Origin: an uncultured cyanobacterium | GTDB lineage: Bacteria > Cyanobacteriota > Cyanobacteriia > Cyanobacteriales > CAWCAG01 | DNA length: 64,000 nt | Reading direction: 5' to 3' | NCBI GenBank assembly: GCA_963803805.1 | Contig: CAWDOD010000004.1 | Coordinates: forward strand, 224,001 to 288,000 | In this document: positions 40,966-51,464 of the stretch, one piece after another | Layout of the letters: every line of letters begins with the position of its first letter | Position numbering within the stretch: position 1 is the stretch's first letter | Notes under the pieces: generated by a model | Told to the model about the DNA's origin: nothing | What the model saw: the letters and a program-made list of their open reading frames with translations, nothing else | Databases searched by the model: none | Program-made: the position numbers and the translations under genes

Positions 40966-41355
40966 ATGAATGACGAACAAAATAATAGTAGCATAGTACA
41001 AGAAGCTAACCATGAAGAAATTCCGGTACAAAGAACTCCTCCTTGGGGAAAAGTTACTGTCCTCGAAGAAGGAGTTAGATATAGAATTAATCGTATTGAA
41101 GTTAAGCCAGGGCATCACATCAGTACGCAAATGCACTATCACCGCAGCGAACATTGGATTGTAGTTTCTGGTACAGCCAAGGTGGTTTGTAATGATGAAG
41201 AAACAATCTTGATGCAAAAGCAATCAACCTATGTACCGATGAATACTCGCCATCGTGTCGAGAATCCTGGTGTTATTCCTTTAGTGATGATTGAAGTGCA
41301 AAATGGTGAACATTTAGGTGATGATGATATTATTCGTTTTGAAGATAAGAATTAA
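40966..41355 (+). CDS. Cupin protein (phosphomannose isomerase type II C-terminal domain)
   Basis: PPWG, QMHYHRSEHWIVVSGTA, HRVENPG, IEVQNG..GDDDIIRFED. Confidence 0.88.
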   Translation: MNDEQNNSSIVQEANHEEIPVQRTPPWGKVTVLEEGVRYRINRIEVKPGHHISTQMHYHRSEHWIVVSGTAKVVCNDEETILMQKQSTYVPMNTRHRVENPGVIPLVMIEVQNGEHLGDDDIIRFEDKN

Positions 41356-41508
41356 CTAAAAGTCGTTCATAAGTGGCCCGAAGTTGACTTTGAGACTTTT
41401 AAACATGGGTCGCTTTCAAAATTTTTAGCTCTCAAAAAGCAAGTCCAGACAGACAATTAAAGTGGGGGAGTTAGTAAACCGACAATTAACTTTACTCCCT
41501 CATTATTA

Positions 41509-43245
41509 TTAATAATAACGTCCTGACTTACGATGTTGCATCGCTGTAATGCCATCATTTTCCAACACTTCACCTTTATCTACTGTGGCAACAATTAAAA
41601 AGTGGTCACTAACTTCAAGCCGACTCGTCATAGTGCATTCTAGATAAGCTAAAGCCTCTTCAATAATCAAACAACTGTTGCTAGCAGTTTGAGTAGTGAC
41701 ATTATTAAAAGAATTGCTAACTTGAGGGGAGAAATTTCTTCTCACATCTCTACCTTCATTGAGGATATTCAACACAAACTTATCCCCTGGATTACTGATT
41801 AAATCGGCTTTTTGTTCTTTGGCGATGGCAATCATAATACCAGGAGGATTAAATGTTGCTTGAGATACCCAAGAAGTTAGCACCCCACTATGATGATTGT
41901 CTTGGTTAGTAGTTAAAACGCAGAGGGAACCAACAATCCTACCTACTGCTTGTTCAGTGCGATCAATCTGAGTTTCGGTGATTCCTTGGCGAGGAGTACG
42001 AAGTTTTTTAGCCTTTTTCAGTTTTTGGGTAAATTCTTTGCCTGCCTGTTCACATTCTTCTAAAGTAATAGCAGTGGGATTAAAACGTACTCGGATTGGT
42101 TCAAAGCCAAAGCTGTAATTGGCATCTTTTAATTTATTTTCTAACATATCGATGGCTTCACCACTCCAACCATAGGAACCAAACACCCCTGCTAACTTAG
42201 TTTTAGCTGCTGTAGCTAAAACAATACCCAATGCCGTTTGGATTTGGGTGGGTGCATGACCTGCTAATGTAGGGGAACCAATGATAAAACCATCACAACT
42301 TTGAATTGCTTGGGTGATTTCTTCAGTAGAAGCGAGTTCACAATTAATTGATTCTACTGCAACCCCAGATTGCACTAACCCTTGAGTAATTGCCCCAGCT
42401 AGGGTTGCAGTGTTGCCGTAGGCAGAGGCATAAAGGAGAACTACTTTAAATTCTTGGTTGGTTTGTTGTTGACACCAGGAGGCATAGTCATAGCTAAAGC
42501 GACTGAGGCTATACTTAACTAACGGGCCATGGGCAGGGGCATAGATCTGGCTAGGTAAAGGTGAAAACTTAGCTAAGGCAGTTTCTAACTGTTTGCTTTG
42601 GGTAGCGTAGAGACAGTCAAAATAGAAGCGGCGGTCTTGATCTAATTTTTTCCAGTTATCATCAAAAATGGGTTCATCGCACAAATGAGTCCCAAAAAAT
42701 TTATCACTGTAAAGGATTTTGGTTTGAGGATCATAGGTACACAATCCATCTACCCAACGGGGAGTAGGAACACTAATAAATTTTAGTTGATGTCCTTGTC
42801 CTAAATCTAAAGTATCGTTGTCTCTAACCACTTTAATTTGCAATTCTTCAGGAGAATCTAAAGTGGCTTGAATGGCTTTAACTGCTGGTTTAGCACAAAT
42901 AATTTGCGCTTGGGGTGCTTTTTTGATAATAACTTGTACCGTTGCTAAACGATTAGGGTTAACGTGCTGTAAGATGATGTAATCTAATTTTTTCCAGTCA
43001 AGGTGCTGTGCTAATATTTCTAGATAAGTTTGAGTAAAAGATTTTCCCGGCGGATCAATTAAGGCGATTTTATCTCCTTGAATGAGATAGGAGTTAGAGG
43101 TTGTACCTTTTTGACGAGAATATTCAACTTCAAACTTTAATCTTTCCCAAGTACGGGAGCGTAATATTTTAGTATTACTACTAATTGTTTCTACTTGAAA
43201 GTCTCTTGCCTTAACAGAGGTTGCTTTAATGTTTCCCTGTACCAT
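41509..43245 (-). CDS. flv2: Flavodiiron protein, Flv2-type (non-canonical diiron ligands)
   Basis: Beta-lactamase fold with HVNPNR, flavodoxin and flavin reductase domains; third gene of the flv4-sll0218-flv2 arrangement. Confidence 0.82.
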   Translation of the reverse strand: MVQGNIKATSVKARDFQVETISSNTKILRSRTWERLKFEVEYSRQKGTTSNSYLIQGDKIALIDPPGKSFTQTYLEILAQHLDWKKLDYIILQHVNPNRLATVQVIIKKAPQAQIICAKPAVKAIQATLDSPEELQIKVVRDNDTLDLGQGHQLKFISVPTPRWVDGLCTYDPQTKILYSDKFFGTHLCDEPIFDDNWKKLDQDRRFYFDCLYATQSKQLETALAKFSPLPSQIYAPAHGPLVKYSLSRFSYDYASWCQQQTNQEFKVVLLYASAYGNTATLAGAITQGLVQSGVAVESINCELASTEEITQAIQSCDGFIIGSPTLAGHAPTQIQTALGIVLATAAKTKLAGVFGSYGWSGEAIDMLENKLKDANYSFGFEPIRVRFNPTAITLEECEQAGKEFTQKLKKAKKLRTPRQGITETQIDRTEQAVGRIVGSLCVLTTNQDNHHSGVLTSWVSQATFNPPGIMIAIAKEQKADLISNPGDKFVLNILNEGRDVRRNFSPQVSNSFNNVTTQTASNSCLIIEEALAYLECTMTSRLEVSDHFLIVATVDKGEVLENDGITAMQHRKSGRYY

Positions 43246-43284
43246 AATTCGTTTCCTTAAATAATTGTCAAGCTGGTAAATTAA

Positions 43285-43824
43285 TCAATTTGATGATTGA
43301 GGTTTTATTTTGCTGGGAGAATGACTATTAATTTCTTTGGCAATTTTTTGTTTATATCTTTCAGATATTCTTTGTTCGGGATCAATGCCTTCAAAGGTGG
43401 GAGGTAGCCAAACCCTGACTACTAATAAGACTGCTAAAGCTAATAAAAAAGAGCAAGTTGCTAATACCTGACTCCAAGGAGTTTCTAAAATGCCTTTGAC
43501 AATAACTTCTCTTAAGATCGAAACAATCGAAACTTCAACGGCAACCCCAATAGAAACCCGATGTTCTTGTAAGTAAATGATTAACAATCGGAATAGTTCA
43601 ACTAAAATTAGTAAAAACAGAATATCAGCCGTCACTCCTGTAAAATTCAAAGGTGGTAACAAAGAGACAAACATCTCTCGCAATTGAATTACCATAAAGC
43701 TAAATAGACCAATACAAAGGGAGATAATAATTAAGTCTTGGATAAATTCCAAAATTCTAATTACTCCGCCGCTATTGAGTAGCTTATACCAGGGAGTTGG
43801 TGAATTATTAACAGGTTCATACAT
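43285..43824 (-). CDS. PsiE-family membrane protein, Sll0218-like
   Basis: ILFLLILVELFR, VSILRE; lies between two flavodiiron genes. Confidence 0.85.
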   Translation of the reverse strand: MYEPVNNSPTPWYKLLNSGGVIRILEFIQDLIIISLCIGLFSFMVIQLREMFVSLLPPLNFTGVTADILFLLILVELFRLLIIYLQEHRVSIGVAVEVSIVSILREVIVKGILETPWSQVLATCSFLLALAVLLVVRVWLPPTFEGIDPEQRISERYKQKIAKEINSHSPSKIKPQSSN

Positions 43825-43908
43825 TGCATTTGTTTGATTAGTTTGCTGAAGAGAAATACACTGGAAAAGGGGAAGATAAAAGTATGTTCTTTACCTATTA
43901 CCTATTAC

Positions 43909-45639
43909 CTAATAATGATTACCAACCTTGCGATGATGAACAGCAGTAAGTACATCCAGTTTGGCAACTCTGCCAGCTTCCACTGTGCTATAAACAATCC
44001 AGTGATCGCTACACTCAATTCGACTGCTAACTTGGCATTCAATGTAAGCTAAAGACTCAGCAAGAATCGGCGAACCATTGCTAGCGGGTACTGTTTTGAT
44101 GCCTGCAAAGCGATCTTCACCAGGAGGGAAACGTTTGAGAAAATGTTTAATGAGATTCTGATAATTCCCTTCTGCCAAAACATTTAAAACAAAGTGATCA
44201 CCGAGGTGCAAAAAAGATTCAATAGCCCGATCTTTAGCAACAGCGATGGCAACTCCCAAGGGATTCAAACTAGCTTGAGTTACCCAAGAAGCTACCATTG
44301 CACTGGAGATTTCCCCTTTTTTGGCCGTGATAATATACAAACCGTTGCTAATTCTGCCCAAAGCTTTTTGTAAACTGTTATCAATGGCTTTGATTTGCTT
44401 GAGGCTGCGATCGCGAGTTAACCACTGTCCCAAATCTGTACCCGCTTCATCGCAGATTTGATAAATAATTTGATTAGGGGCTTCTTTCACTAAAATGGGT
44501 GGGAAGGCTTCGGTTAAGCCAATTTCCTGCAACTGGTTACCCAAAGGATAAACGGGTTCATCTTCACCCCCGCCAGTTTCAAACAAACCCACTGCTTGTT
44601 TACCATGGGCGGCTGCGGTGATAGTGCTAAGGATAGTATGGGCTTCTTGATCTGATTGGGGTGGCATTCCTATCACTAACCCTGCTGCTTGAGAGACTAA
44701 CTCCCTGACTTCTTGGGGTTCAGTATCATTCCACTCTACCAACTCTACCGCAACACCTGTTTTGGTGATGCCGTGGGCAATCAGTCTAGCGAGACTATCA
44801 CTATAGCCATAGTTTTCAGAATAAAACAGGGCAACTAAAGTATCAGTTTTAGTTTGGGCTTTACTCCATTGCTGATAGCGATCCAGCAATTCAGTAAGAT
44901 GGTGTTGTAGCAATGGCCCATGACCTGTAGCAATGATGCCCAATTCTAGTTTTCCAATCCGCTTAATTGCCCCCAAAACTGAACGGGCATTAGGTTTCAT
45001 CAAACAATCATAGTAATATTCATAGTCTGCTTCAATGAGTTCCAAATTCTCATCAAAAGTAGGTTCATCACAATAGTGCATTCCAAAGGCATCACAAGTA
45101 TAGAGGACTTGCGTTTGATGATCGTAGGTAAAAATTGTATCTGGCCAGTGTAAATTAGGGGCAGAGACAAACTCTAACTGATGCCCGTTGCCAAGATCCA
45201 AAGTATTACCATTTTTAACAATCTGATGCTTGAAAGATTGATGCACCATATTCTCTAAAAATTGAATGGCCACCTTTGCACCAACTACTGTAACCTGGGG
45301 AGCTAATGCCAGAATATCTTTAACTAAACCACTGTGATCAGGTTCGGTATGACTAATAATTAGATAATCAAGTTGAGATGGATCGATTAAGCCAGTTAAC
45401 AACTCCAGATAAAGCTGGCGAAACTTACCATGGGAAGTATCCACTAAAGCTAGTTTTTGACCTTGAATGAGAAAAGAATTGTAGGTTGTACCGTTTTGTA
45501 AGCCAAACTCAATATCAAAACGGTCACGATCCCAGTCGAGACAACGGATTGCAGTAGTCCCAGAGGCGAATTTGACAGTTTGTATAGTTAATCTAGGAGG
45601 AGCTTGAGTCGTTTGCTTGTTATCTGTGAGTATAACCAT
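43909..45639 (-). CDS. flv4: Flavodiiron protein, Flv4-type (canonical ligands)
   Basis: SHTEPDH, LHWPD, CDAFG, GHG; flavodoxin and flavin reductase domains; first gene of the operon. Confidence 0.82.
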   Translation of the reverse strand: MVILTDNKQTTQAPPRLTIQTVKFASGTTAIRCLDWDRDRFDIEFGLQNGTTYNSFLIQGQKLALVDTSHGKFRQLYLELLTGLIDPSQLDYLIISHTEPDHSGLVKDILALAPQVTVVGAKVAIQFLENMVHQSFKHQIVKNGNTLDLGNGHQLEFVSAPNLHWPDTIFTYDHQTQVLYTCDAFGMHYCDEPTFDENLELIEADYEYYYDCLMKPNARSVLGAIKRIGKLELGIIATGHGPLLQHHLTELLDRYQQWSKAQTKTDTLVALFYSENYGYSDSLARLIAHGITKTGVAVELVEWNDTEPQEVRELVSQAAGLVIGMPPQSDQEAHTILSTITAAAHGKQAVGLFETGGGEDEPVYPLGNQLQEIGLTEAFPPILVKEAPNQIIYQICDEAGTDLGQWLTRDRSLKQIKAIDNSLQKALGRISNGLYIITAKKGEISSAMVASWVTQASLNPLGVAIAVAKDRAIESFLHLGDHFVLNVLAEGNYQNLIKHFLKRFPPGEDRFAGIKTVPASNGSPILAESLAYIECQVSSRIECSDHWIVYSTVEAGRVAKLDVLTAVHHRKVGNHY

Positions 45640-45963
45640 AAGCTATAGTTGAGTACTTCATTTATTTGTCTTTTAATAAGATAACAGAATATAAATACAT
45701 TTTCTATATAAAAATATTTTATATATTATTGACAAGATTTATCTTTCTGGAAATTACTCACTTGTTTTCTAGAAACTTCTATTTTCTATTGATTATTTCC
45801 TCAAGCCCTAATTTATTCCCTCACTGCGTAAGTTCTGCTTTTTTTTAAGTGCAAATGTACTCAAAGGAAAAGTTGAATTTTATATAAAATATATTTATAC
45901 AATAATGGTTTGGGTTCAAGTATTATTATCGTATAGACAAAAGAGTATGATTCTAGATTGAAC

Positions 45964-45979
45964 ATAGCTTTTTATCTAT
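45964..45979. promoter_or_regulatory. LysR (NdhR/CcmR-type) box ATAG-N8-CTAT upstream of cmpA
   Basis: atag-ctttttat-ctat; near matches at 45933-45948, 45691-45706 and 45707-45722. Confidence 0.65.
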
Positions 45980-46084
45980 AGACTTGTTTAATTTAAAGAT
46001 TTGCTCATAGCTAGTTTTCAACTAGCTATATCAATTGCATTTATTTAACTGACAACAAAAAAAGATAAGTTATTAGGAGGTTTA

Positions 46085-47443
46085 ATGTCTGATTTGTCCC
46101 GATTCTCTCGTCGAAAATTTTTAGCAACTGCTGCTGCTTCCGGGGCTAGTGCAGTGTTTCTCAAAGGTTGCCTTGGCAATCCCCCTGAACCAGGAGAGAA
46201 TACAGCTACAGAACAAGTGGAAGCAGGTGATCTTAGCCCGGAGATGACACCTGAGACAACCAAAGTTGTTTTAGGTTACATTCCCATTGTTGAAGCTGCG
46301 GCTTTAGTCATTGCCCAAGAAAAAGGCTTCTTTGCTAAATATGGCATGACTGATGTAGATGTTTCTAAACAGGCAAACTGGGCATCAGCAAGGGATAACG
46401 TTACCATTGGTTCTGAAGGTGGTGGTATTGATGGGGGACAGTGGCAAATGCCGATGCCCCATTTAATTAGTGAAGGGATTATTACCAATGGTAACAAAGT
46501 GCCGATGTATTTGTTGGCACAATTGAATACTCAAGGCAATGGTATTGCGATCGCCGGTATTCATGAAGGTAAGGGACTTGGTTTAGATATTACCGAAGCT
46601 GCTGATTACATTAAAGGCTTTTCTAGCAACGAAGGGAGAAAGTTCAAAGCAGCACACACCTTTCCCCAGGTAAACCAAGATTTCTGGATTCGCTATTGGT
46701 TTGCAGCCGGTGGTGTTAATCCTGATACGGATATCGACTTGTTAGCAGTACCACCAGCGGAAACTGTCCAGGGGATGCGTAACGGCACAATGGATGCTTT
46801 TAGTACCGGTGATCCTTGGCCTTATCGTATTGTTGCTGATGACATTGGTCATATGGCAGCGTTAACCTCTCAAGTATGGAAGTTTCATCCTGAAGAGTAT
46901 TTAGCAATTCGTGCTGACTGGGTTGATGCTAACCCGAAAGCAACCAAAGCAATTTTAAAAGCAGTTATGGAAGCACAACAATGGTGTGATGAAGATGCCA
47001 ATAGAGAGGAATTAGTAAAAATTGTTGCCCAACGTAACTACTTTAATGTACCAGAAAACATTTTGCAACCTCCTTACAAAGGCAACTACGAAATGGGAGA
47101 TGGTCAACCAGCAATCGACGATAAAATGATGGGACCATTGTATTGGAAAGATGGCATTGGTAACGTTTCTTATCCCTATAAAAGCCATGATCTTTGGTTC
47201 TTAACTGAAAGTATTCGTTGGGGTTTTCATAAAGATGCTATTCCTGACATCGATACTGCTAGAGAGATTATTGATCGGGTTAATCGCGAAGATTTGTGGA
47301 AAGAAGCAGCCCAAGAAGCAGGATTTACTGCTGATATTCCCGACGATACATCTAGAGGGGTTGAAACATTTTTTGATGGTAAAGAGTTTGATCCTGAAGA
47401 TCCAGAAGCTTATTTAGATAGTCTGGAAATCAAGAATATTTAA
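46085..47443 (+). CDS. cmpA: Bicarbonate ABC transporter substrate-binding lipoprotein
   Basis: Tat RR signal and LKGC lipobox; [20 protein letters not shown] (Cmp rather than Nrt); low-Ci gene context. Confidence 0.9.
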   Translation: MSDLSRFSRRKFLATAAASGASAVFLKGCLGNPPEPGENTATEQVEAGDLSPEMTPETTKVVLGYIPIVEAAALVIAQEKGFFAKYGMTDVDVSKQANWASARDNVTIGSEGGGIDGGQWQMPMPHLISEGIITNGNKVPMYLLAQLNTQGNGIAIAGIHEGKGLGLDITEAADYIKGFSSNEGRKFKAAHTFPQVNQDFWIRYWFAAGGVNPDTDIDLLAVPPAETVQGMRNGTMDAFSTGDPWPYRIVADDIGHMAALTSQVWKFHPEEYLAIRADWVDANPKATKAILKAVMEAQQWCDEDANREELVKIVAQRNYFNVPENILQPPYKGNYEMGDGQPAIDDKMMGPLYWKDGIGNVSYPYKSHDLWFLTESIRWGFHKDAIPDIDTAREIIDRVNREDLWKEAAQEAGFTADIPDDTSRGVETFFDGKEFDPEDPEAYLDSLEIKNI

Positions 47444-47488
47444 TCATTGGTTGATAAAGTAAAAATAAAAAAGGGAGCAAGCAATATT

Positions 47489-48334
47489 ATGGCTGTAAGT
47501 ACACCAAGAATCACTAAAAATAGTGCCAAAAAAACTAATACTTTCACCAAGTTTTGGCAGAAAAATAAAGACAATATCATACCGCCTTTAATCGGGGTTA
47601 TCGGTTTTTTAATTCTCTGGGAACTCTTTGCTATGCTGCCAGGAATGAGATTACCAGGGCCTAGCAGTTTATGGACTGACGAAAGGACTCGAACTTTATT
47701 GCTTTATCCTTTTTATGATCGTGGGGGTTTAGATAAAGGTTTATTTTGGCAGACGATGGCAAGTTTAGGAAGGGTGGCCCAGGGCTATTCTTTAGCTGCT
47801 ATAGTTGGTATCGCTACTGGTGTTTTGGTAGGGACACAACCGTTAATTAATAAAGCCTTAGATCCGATTTTTCAATTCTTACGGATGGTTGCCCCTTTGG
47901 CTTGGGTTCCTATTGCTTTGGTGGCACTACAACAAAACCAACCTGCGGCAATTTTCGTTATTTTTATCACTTCAGTTTGGCCTATTTTAATCAATACCAC
48001 TGAAGGGGTTAAACAAATTCCTGAAGACTATCTTAATGTCCGTCGAGTTCTTAAACTATCCAAGCAAAAATTCTTTTTCAAAATTCTCTTACCCTCTGCC
48101 TTACCCTATATTTTCACCGGCTTAAGAATTGGGATTGGTTTAGCTTGGTTAGCCATTATTGCCGCAGAAATTGTTATGTCAGGTATTGTTGGTATCGGCT
48201 TTTTCATCTGGGATGCTTATCAACAAAACTACATTAGTGAAATTATCCTAGCAGTCATCTATATCGGTGCAGTGGGTTTAATTTTAGACCGGGCGATCGC
48301 TTACATTCAAAAATTAATTGCACCCCAATCTTAG
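47489..48334 (+). CDS. cmpB: Bicarbonate ABC transporter permease (likely ATG at 47489)
   Basis: PLAWVP, WLAIIAAE, GIGFFIWDAY. Confidence 0.9.
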   Translation: MAVSTPRITKNSAKKTNTFTKFWQKNKDNIIPPLIGVIGFLILWELFAMLPGMRLPGPSSLWTDERTRTLLLYPFYDRGGLDKGLFWQTMASLGRVAQGYSLAAIVGIATGVLVGTQPLINKALDPIFQFLRMVAPLAWVPIALVALQQNQPAAIFVIFITSVWPILINTTEGVKQIPEDYLNVRRVLKLSKQKFFFKILLPSALPYIFTGLRIGIGLAWLAIIAAEIVMSGIVGIGFFIWDAYQQNYISEIILAVIYIGAVGLILDRAIAYIQKLIAPQS

Positions 48335-48427
48335 AAGATTTAAAAGGGACAGAAAATAGTTAATAGGGAGTAATAAAAAGTACACTCTTTATTACTTCTC
48401 CTAATCCATTACCCATTATCTAAAAAA

Positions 48428-50428
48428 ATGAGCGTATTTGTTGCAGTAAACCAAATTGAAAAAGCTTTCCCCCTCAGTGGTGGTGGTGAATATGTTGCCC
48501 TCAAAGGTATCAATTTAAAAATCAAAAAAGGGGAATTTGTTTCCTTAATCGGTCACTCTGGTTGTGGTAAATCAACTCTGTTAAATATGATTGCTGGTTT
48601 AGATTTACCCACCAACGGCATGGTTACTTTAGAAGGGCGACGTATAAAAGAACCGGGGCCAGACCGCATGGTAGTCTTTCAAAACTACTCTCTGTTACCC
48701 TGGTTAACGGTGCGTCAAAATATTGCCCTAGCAGTAGATGAGGTGATGGGCAATACCTCTAAATCAGAACGCAGATCCGTTGTAGAAGAACATATTAACT
48801 TAGTTGGTTTGCGCCATGCAGCCGATAAACTGCCAGACCAACTATCAGGAGGAATGAAACAGAGAGTTGCCATCGCCAGGGCTTTGGCGATTCGTCCTAA
48901 ACTTCTCCTCTTAGACGAGCCTTTTGGAGCGTTAGATGCCTTAACCAGAGGGAATTTGCAGGAACAGCTAATGCGAATTTGTGAGGAATATAAAGTCACT
49001 TCTGTGATGGTAACTCACGATGTTGATGAAGCCGTATTGTTAAGCGATCGCATTGTCATGTTGACCAATGGCCCTGCTTCTCAAATCGGTGGCATTTTAG
49101 AAGTTGATATTCCCCGTCCCCGTAAACGGATGGAAGTGGTTAATCATCCCAGTTACTACAGCCTTCGCAGTGAAATTATTTACTTCCTCAATCAACAAAA
49201 AAGGATTAAAAAAATACGGGCTAAGAAAGCTGCCGTTGTTGCCCGTCACGGTTTAGAAAAGGTTAATCTAGAAATTGGTTTTGTTCCCTTGACGGCTTGC
49301 GCCCCTGTAGCAGTCGCCTATGAAAAAGGCTTTTTTACTAAACATGGTTTAGATGAAGTTAGTTTAGTTAGAGAAACCAGTTGGCGGGGTATTGTTGATG
49401 GTATCGACGGGGGCTATCTTGATGCAGCCCAAATGCCGGCGGGAATGCCCACTTGGTTAACCGCAGGAGGCAATCAAGACCGACCCTTACCTGTTGTGAC
49501 TGCCTTAACTATGACTCGTAACGGCAACGGCATCACTCTAGCCAAGAAACTTTGTGATCAGGGGGTCATGACTGCTGCTGAATACAAACAGAAGCTACTT
49601 ACCCTAGCTGGAGAAAAACATACCCTGGGTATGGTACATCCTTCCTCAATGCACAATCTTTTATTGCGCTATTGGTTGGCAGCAGGGGGCATTGATCCAG
49701 ATCGGGATGTGGAACTGAAAACCATTCCTCCTGCCCAAATGGTAGCAGATTTAAAAGCAGGAACCATTGATGGTTATTGTGTTGGTGAACCTTGGAATCT
49801 CCGGGCTGCCATGGAAGGACATGGTTTCACTGTGGCGACAGATATGGACATTTGGCAAGGACATCCCGGTAAAGTTTTGGGAGTGAGGGAAGATTGGGCA
49901 AATCGTTATCCCAATAGCCATGTTGCCCTAGTTAAAGCCTTGTTAGAAGCTGGTCGTTATTGTGCTGACGAAACTAATAATCAGGAGATTAGAGAGATTT
50001 TAGCTAGTCGTAACTATTTGGCTACTAAAGAAGAATACATCCAACTAGATACTCCTAATCATGACAGTGGTAATTTAAACCAAGAGGTGGAATACGCCCA
50101 TCATATGTTCTTTGGTGATGGTTTGAATCGCCCTAGTCGCACCGAACATCTTTGGATGATGACCCAGATGGCCCGTTGGGGACATATTCCCTTTCCCCGT
50201 AACTGGGTGGAAATTCTCGAAAGAGTTTGTCGAGTTAGCACCTTTAGTACTGCTACTAGAGAATTGGAGTTAGGGGATCTTAAGTATCGCCGTAGTCCCA
50301 TTAAGCTATTCGATGGCATAGTTTTTGATGCTGAAGATCCAATTGGTTATCTTAACCACTTGGATATTGAACGCAACTTTACCATCGCTGAAGTTAATTT
50401 TGCCTCCCCAACTCCTATTACTGTCTAA
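48428..50428 (+). CDS. cmpC: Bicarbonate ABC transporter ATPase with C-terminal CmpA-like domain
   Basis: GHSGCGKST, LSGGMKQR, C-terminal GFVPLTACAP domain. Confidence 0.9.
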   Translation: MSVFVAVNQIEKAFPLSGGGEYVALKGINLKIKKGEFVSLIGHSGCGKSTLLNMIAGLDLPTNGMVTLEGRRIKEPGPDRMVVFQNYSLLPWLTVRQNIALAVDEVMGNTSKSERRSVVEEHINLVGLRHAADKLPDQLSGGMKQRVAIARALAIRPKLLLLDEPFGALDALTRGNLQEQLMRICEEYKVTSVMVTHDVDEAVLLSDRIVMLTNGPASQIGGILEVDIPRPRKRMEVVNHPSYYSLRSEIIYFLNQQKRIKKIRAKKAAVVARHGLEKVNLEIGFVPLTACAPVAVAYEKGFFTKHGLDEVSLVRETSWRGIVDGIDGGYLDAAQMPAGMPTWLTAGGNQDRPLPVVTALTMTRNGNGITLAKKLCDQGVMTAAEYKQKLLTLAGEKHTLGMVHPSSMHNLLLRYWLAAGGIDPDRDVELKTIPPAQMVADLKAGTIDGYCVGEPWNLRAAMEGHGFTVATDMDIWQGHPGKVLGVREDWANRYPNSHVALVKALLEAGRYCADETNNQEIREILASRNYLATKEEYIQLDTPNHDSGNLNQEVEYAHHMFFGDGLNRPSRTEHLWMMTQMARWGHIPFPRNWVEILERVCRVSTFSTATRELELGDLKYRRSPIKLFDGIVFDAEDPIGYLNHLDIERNFTIAEVNFASPTPITV

Positions 50429-50455
50429 TTACTGATTCCTCATCCTCTTGTAATC

Positions 50456-51304
50456 ATGCAAGCTGCCCACAGAAAACTATTAGAATTACAATTCCAACCT
50501 TCCATGCAAAACTCTTCCTTTGTTTCCATTCAAGATGTTTCCAAGGTTTACCCTACTCCTAGAGGCCCTTATACCGTCTTAGAAAATATCAGCTTAACTG
50601 TTAAAGAAGGTGAATTTGTCTGCGTGATCGGTCACTCTGGTTGTGGGAAATCTACTCTTTTAAACATGGTTTCTGGTTTCGCCCAACCCACTAAAGGCAC
50701 AGTAACTGTAGCCGGAAAAACTATTACTGAACCAGGGCCCGAGCGTATGGTAGTATTCCAAAACTATGCTTTACTGCCCTGGTTATCTGTTTTTGATAAT
50801 GTCTACCTTGCTGTTGATTCAGTCCATCAGAAAAAATCAGAACAGGAAAAACGGGCCATTGTTAGAGATCATCTCGCTATGGTGGGTTTGACTGAAGCAG
50901 TAGAGAAAAAGCCTACCCAAATTTCTGGGGGGATGAAACAAAGGGTTTCCATTGCTAGGGCCTTGGCGATTCGTCCTGAAGTCTTGATCTTAGATGAACC
51001 TTTTGGGGCCTTAGATGCGATCACGAAAGAAGAATTGCAGGAAGAATTACTAAAAATCTGGAATGATCATCGTTGTACCGTGTTGATGATTACCCACGAT
51101 ATCGACGAAGCTTTGTTCTTAGCAGATCGATTGGTAATGATGACTAATGGCCCGGCTGCTGGTATTGGTGAAATCATGGAAATTGATTTTCCCCGTCCCA
51201 GAAACAGAGATCAAATTATGGAGCAGCCTGAGTATTATGACTTACGTAACTATGCCCTGGATTTTCTCTACAATCGCTTTGCTCACGATGAAGATGCTGC
51301 TTGA
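50456..51304 (+). CDS. cmpD: Bicarbonate ABC transporter ATPase
   Basis: [25 protein letters not shown]. Confidence 0.9.
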   Translation: MQAAHRKLLELQFQPSMQNSSFVSIQDVSKVYPTPRGPYTVLENISLTVKEGEFVCVIGHSGCGKSTLLNMVSGFAQPTKGTVTVAGKTITEPGPERMVVFQNYALLPWLSVFDNVYLAVDSVHQKKSEQEKRAIVRDHLAMVGLTEAVEKKPTQISGGMKQRVSIARALAIRPEVLILDEPFGALDAITKEELQEELLKIWNDHRCTVLMITHDIDEALFLADRLVMMTNGPAAGIGEIMEIDFPRPRNRDQIMEQPEYYDLRNYALDFLYNRFAHDEDAA

Positions 51305-51406
51305 TTTAAGCTCAATAAAGGGACAAACAAGGTACAATCCTTATTGAGACAGGTATTTACTAGTTTGTCTTTATCATTGATATAAAACAATGATATCTTG
51401 TTTTTC

Positions 51407-51439
51407 ATAGATTAAATACTATTATAGATAATAATCTAT
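51407..51439. promoter_or_regulatory. Two tandem perfect NdhR-type boxes upstream of ndhF3
   Basis: atag-attaaata-ctat (51407-51422) and atag-ataataat-ctat (51424-51439). Confidence 0.75.
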
Positions 51440-51464
51440 GATGATCTAAACCATAAAAACACTT

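Noticed and set aside
46085..51304. Alternative call as nitrate transporter nrtABCD
   Set aside because: CmpA-type motifs, NdhR-like boxes and low-Ci neighbours, with no nirA/narB nearby, favour cmpABCD
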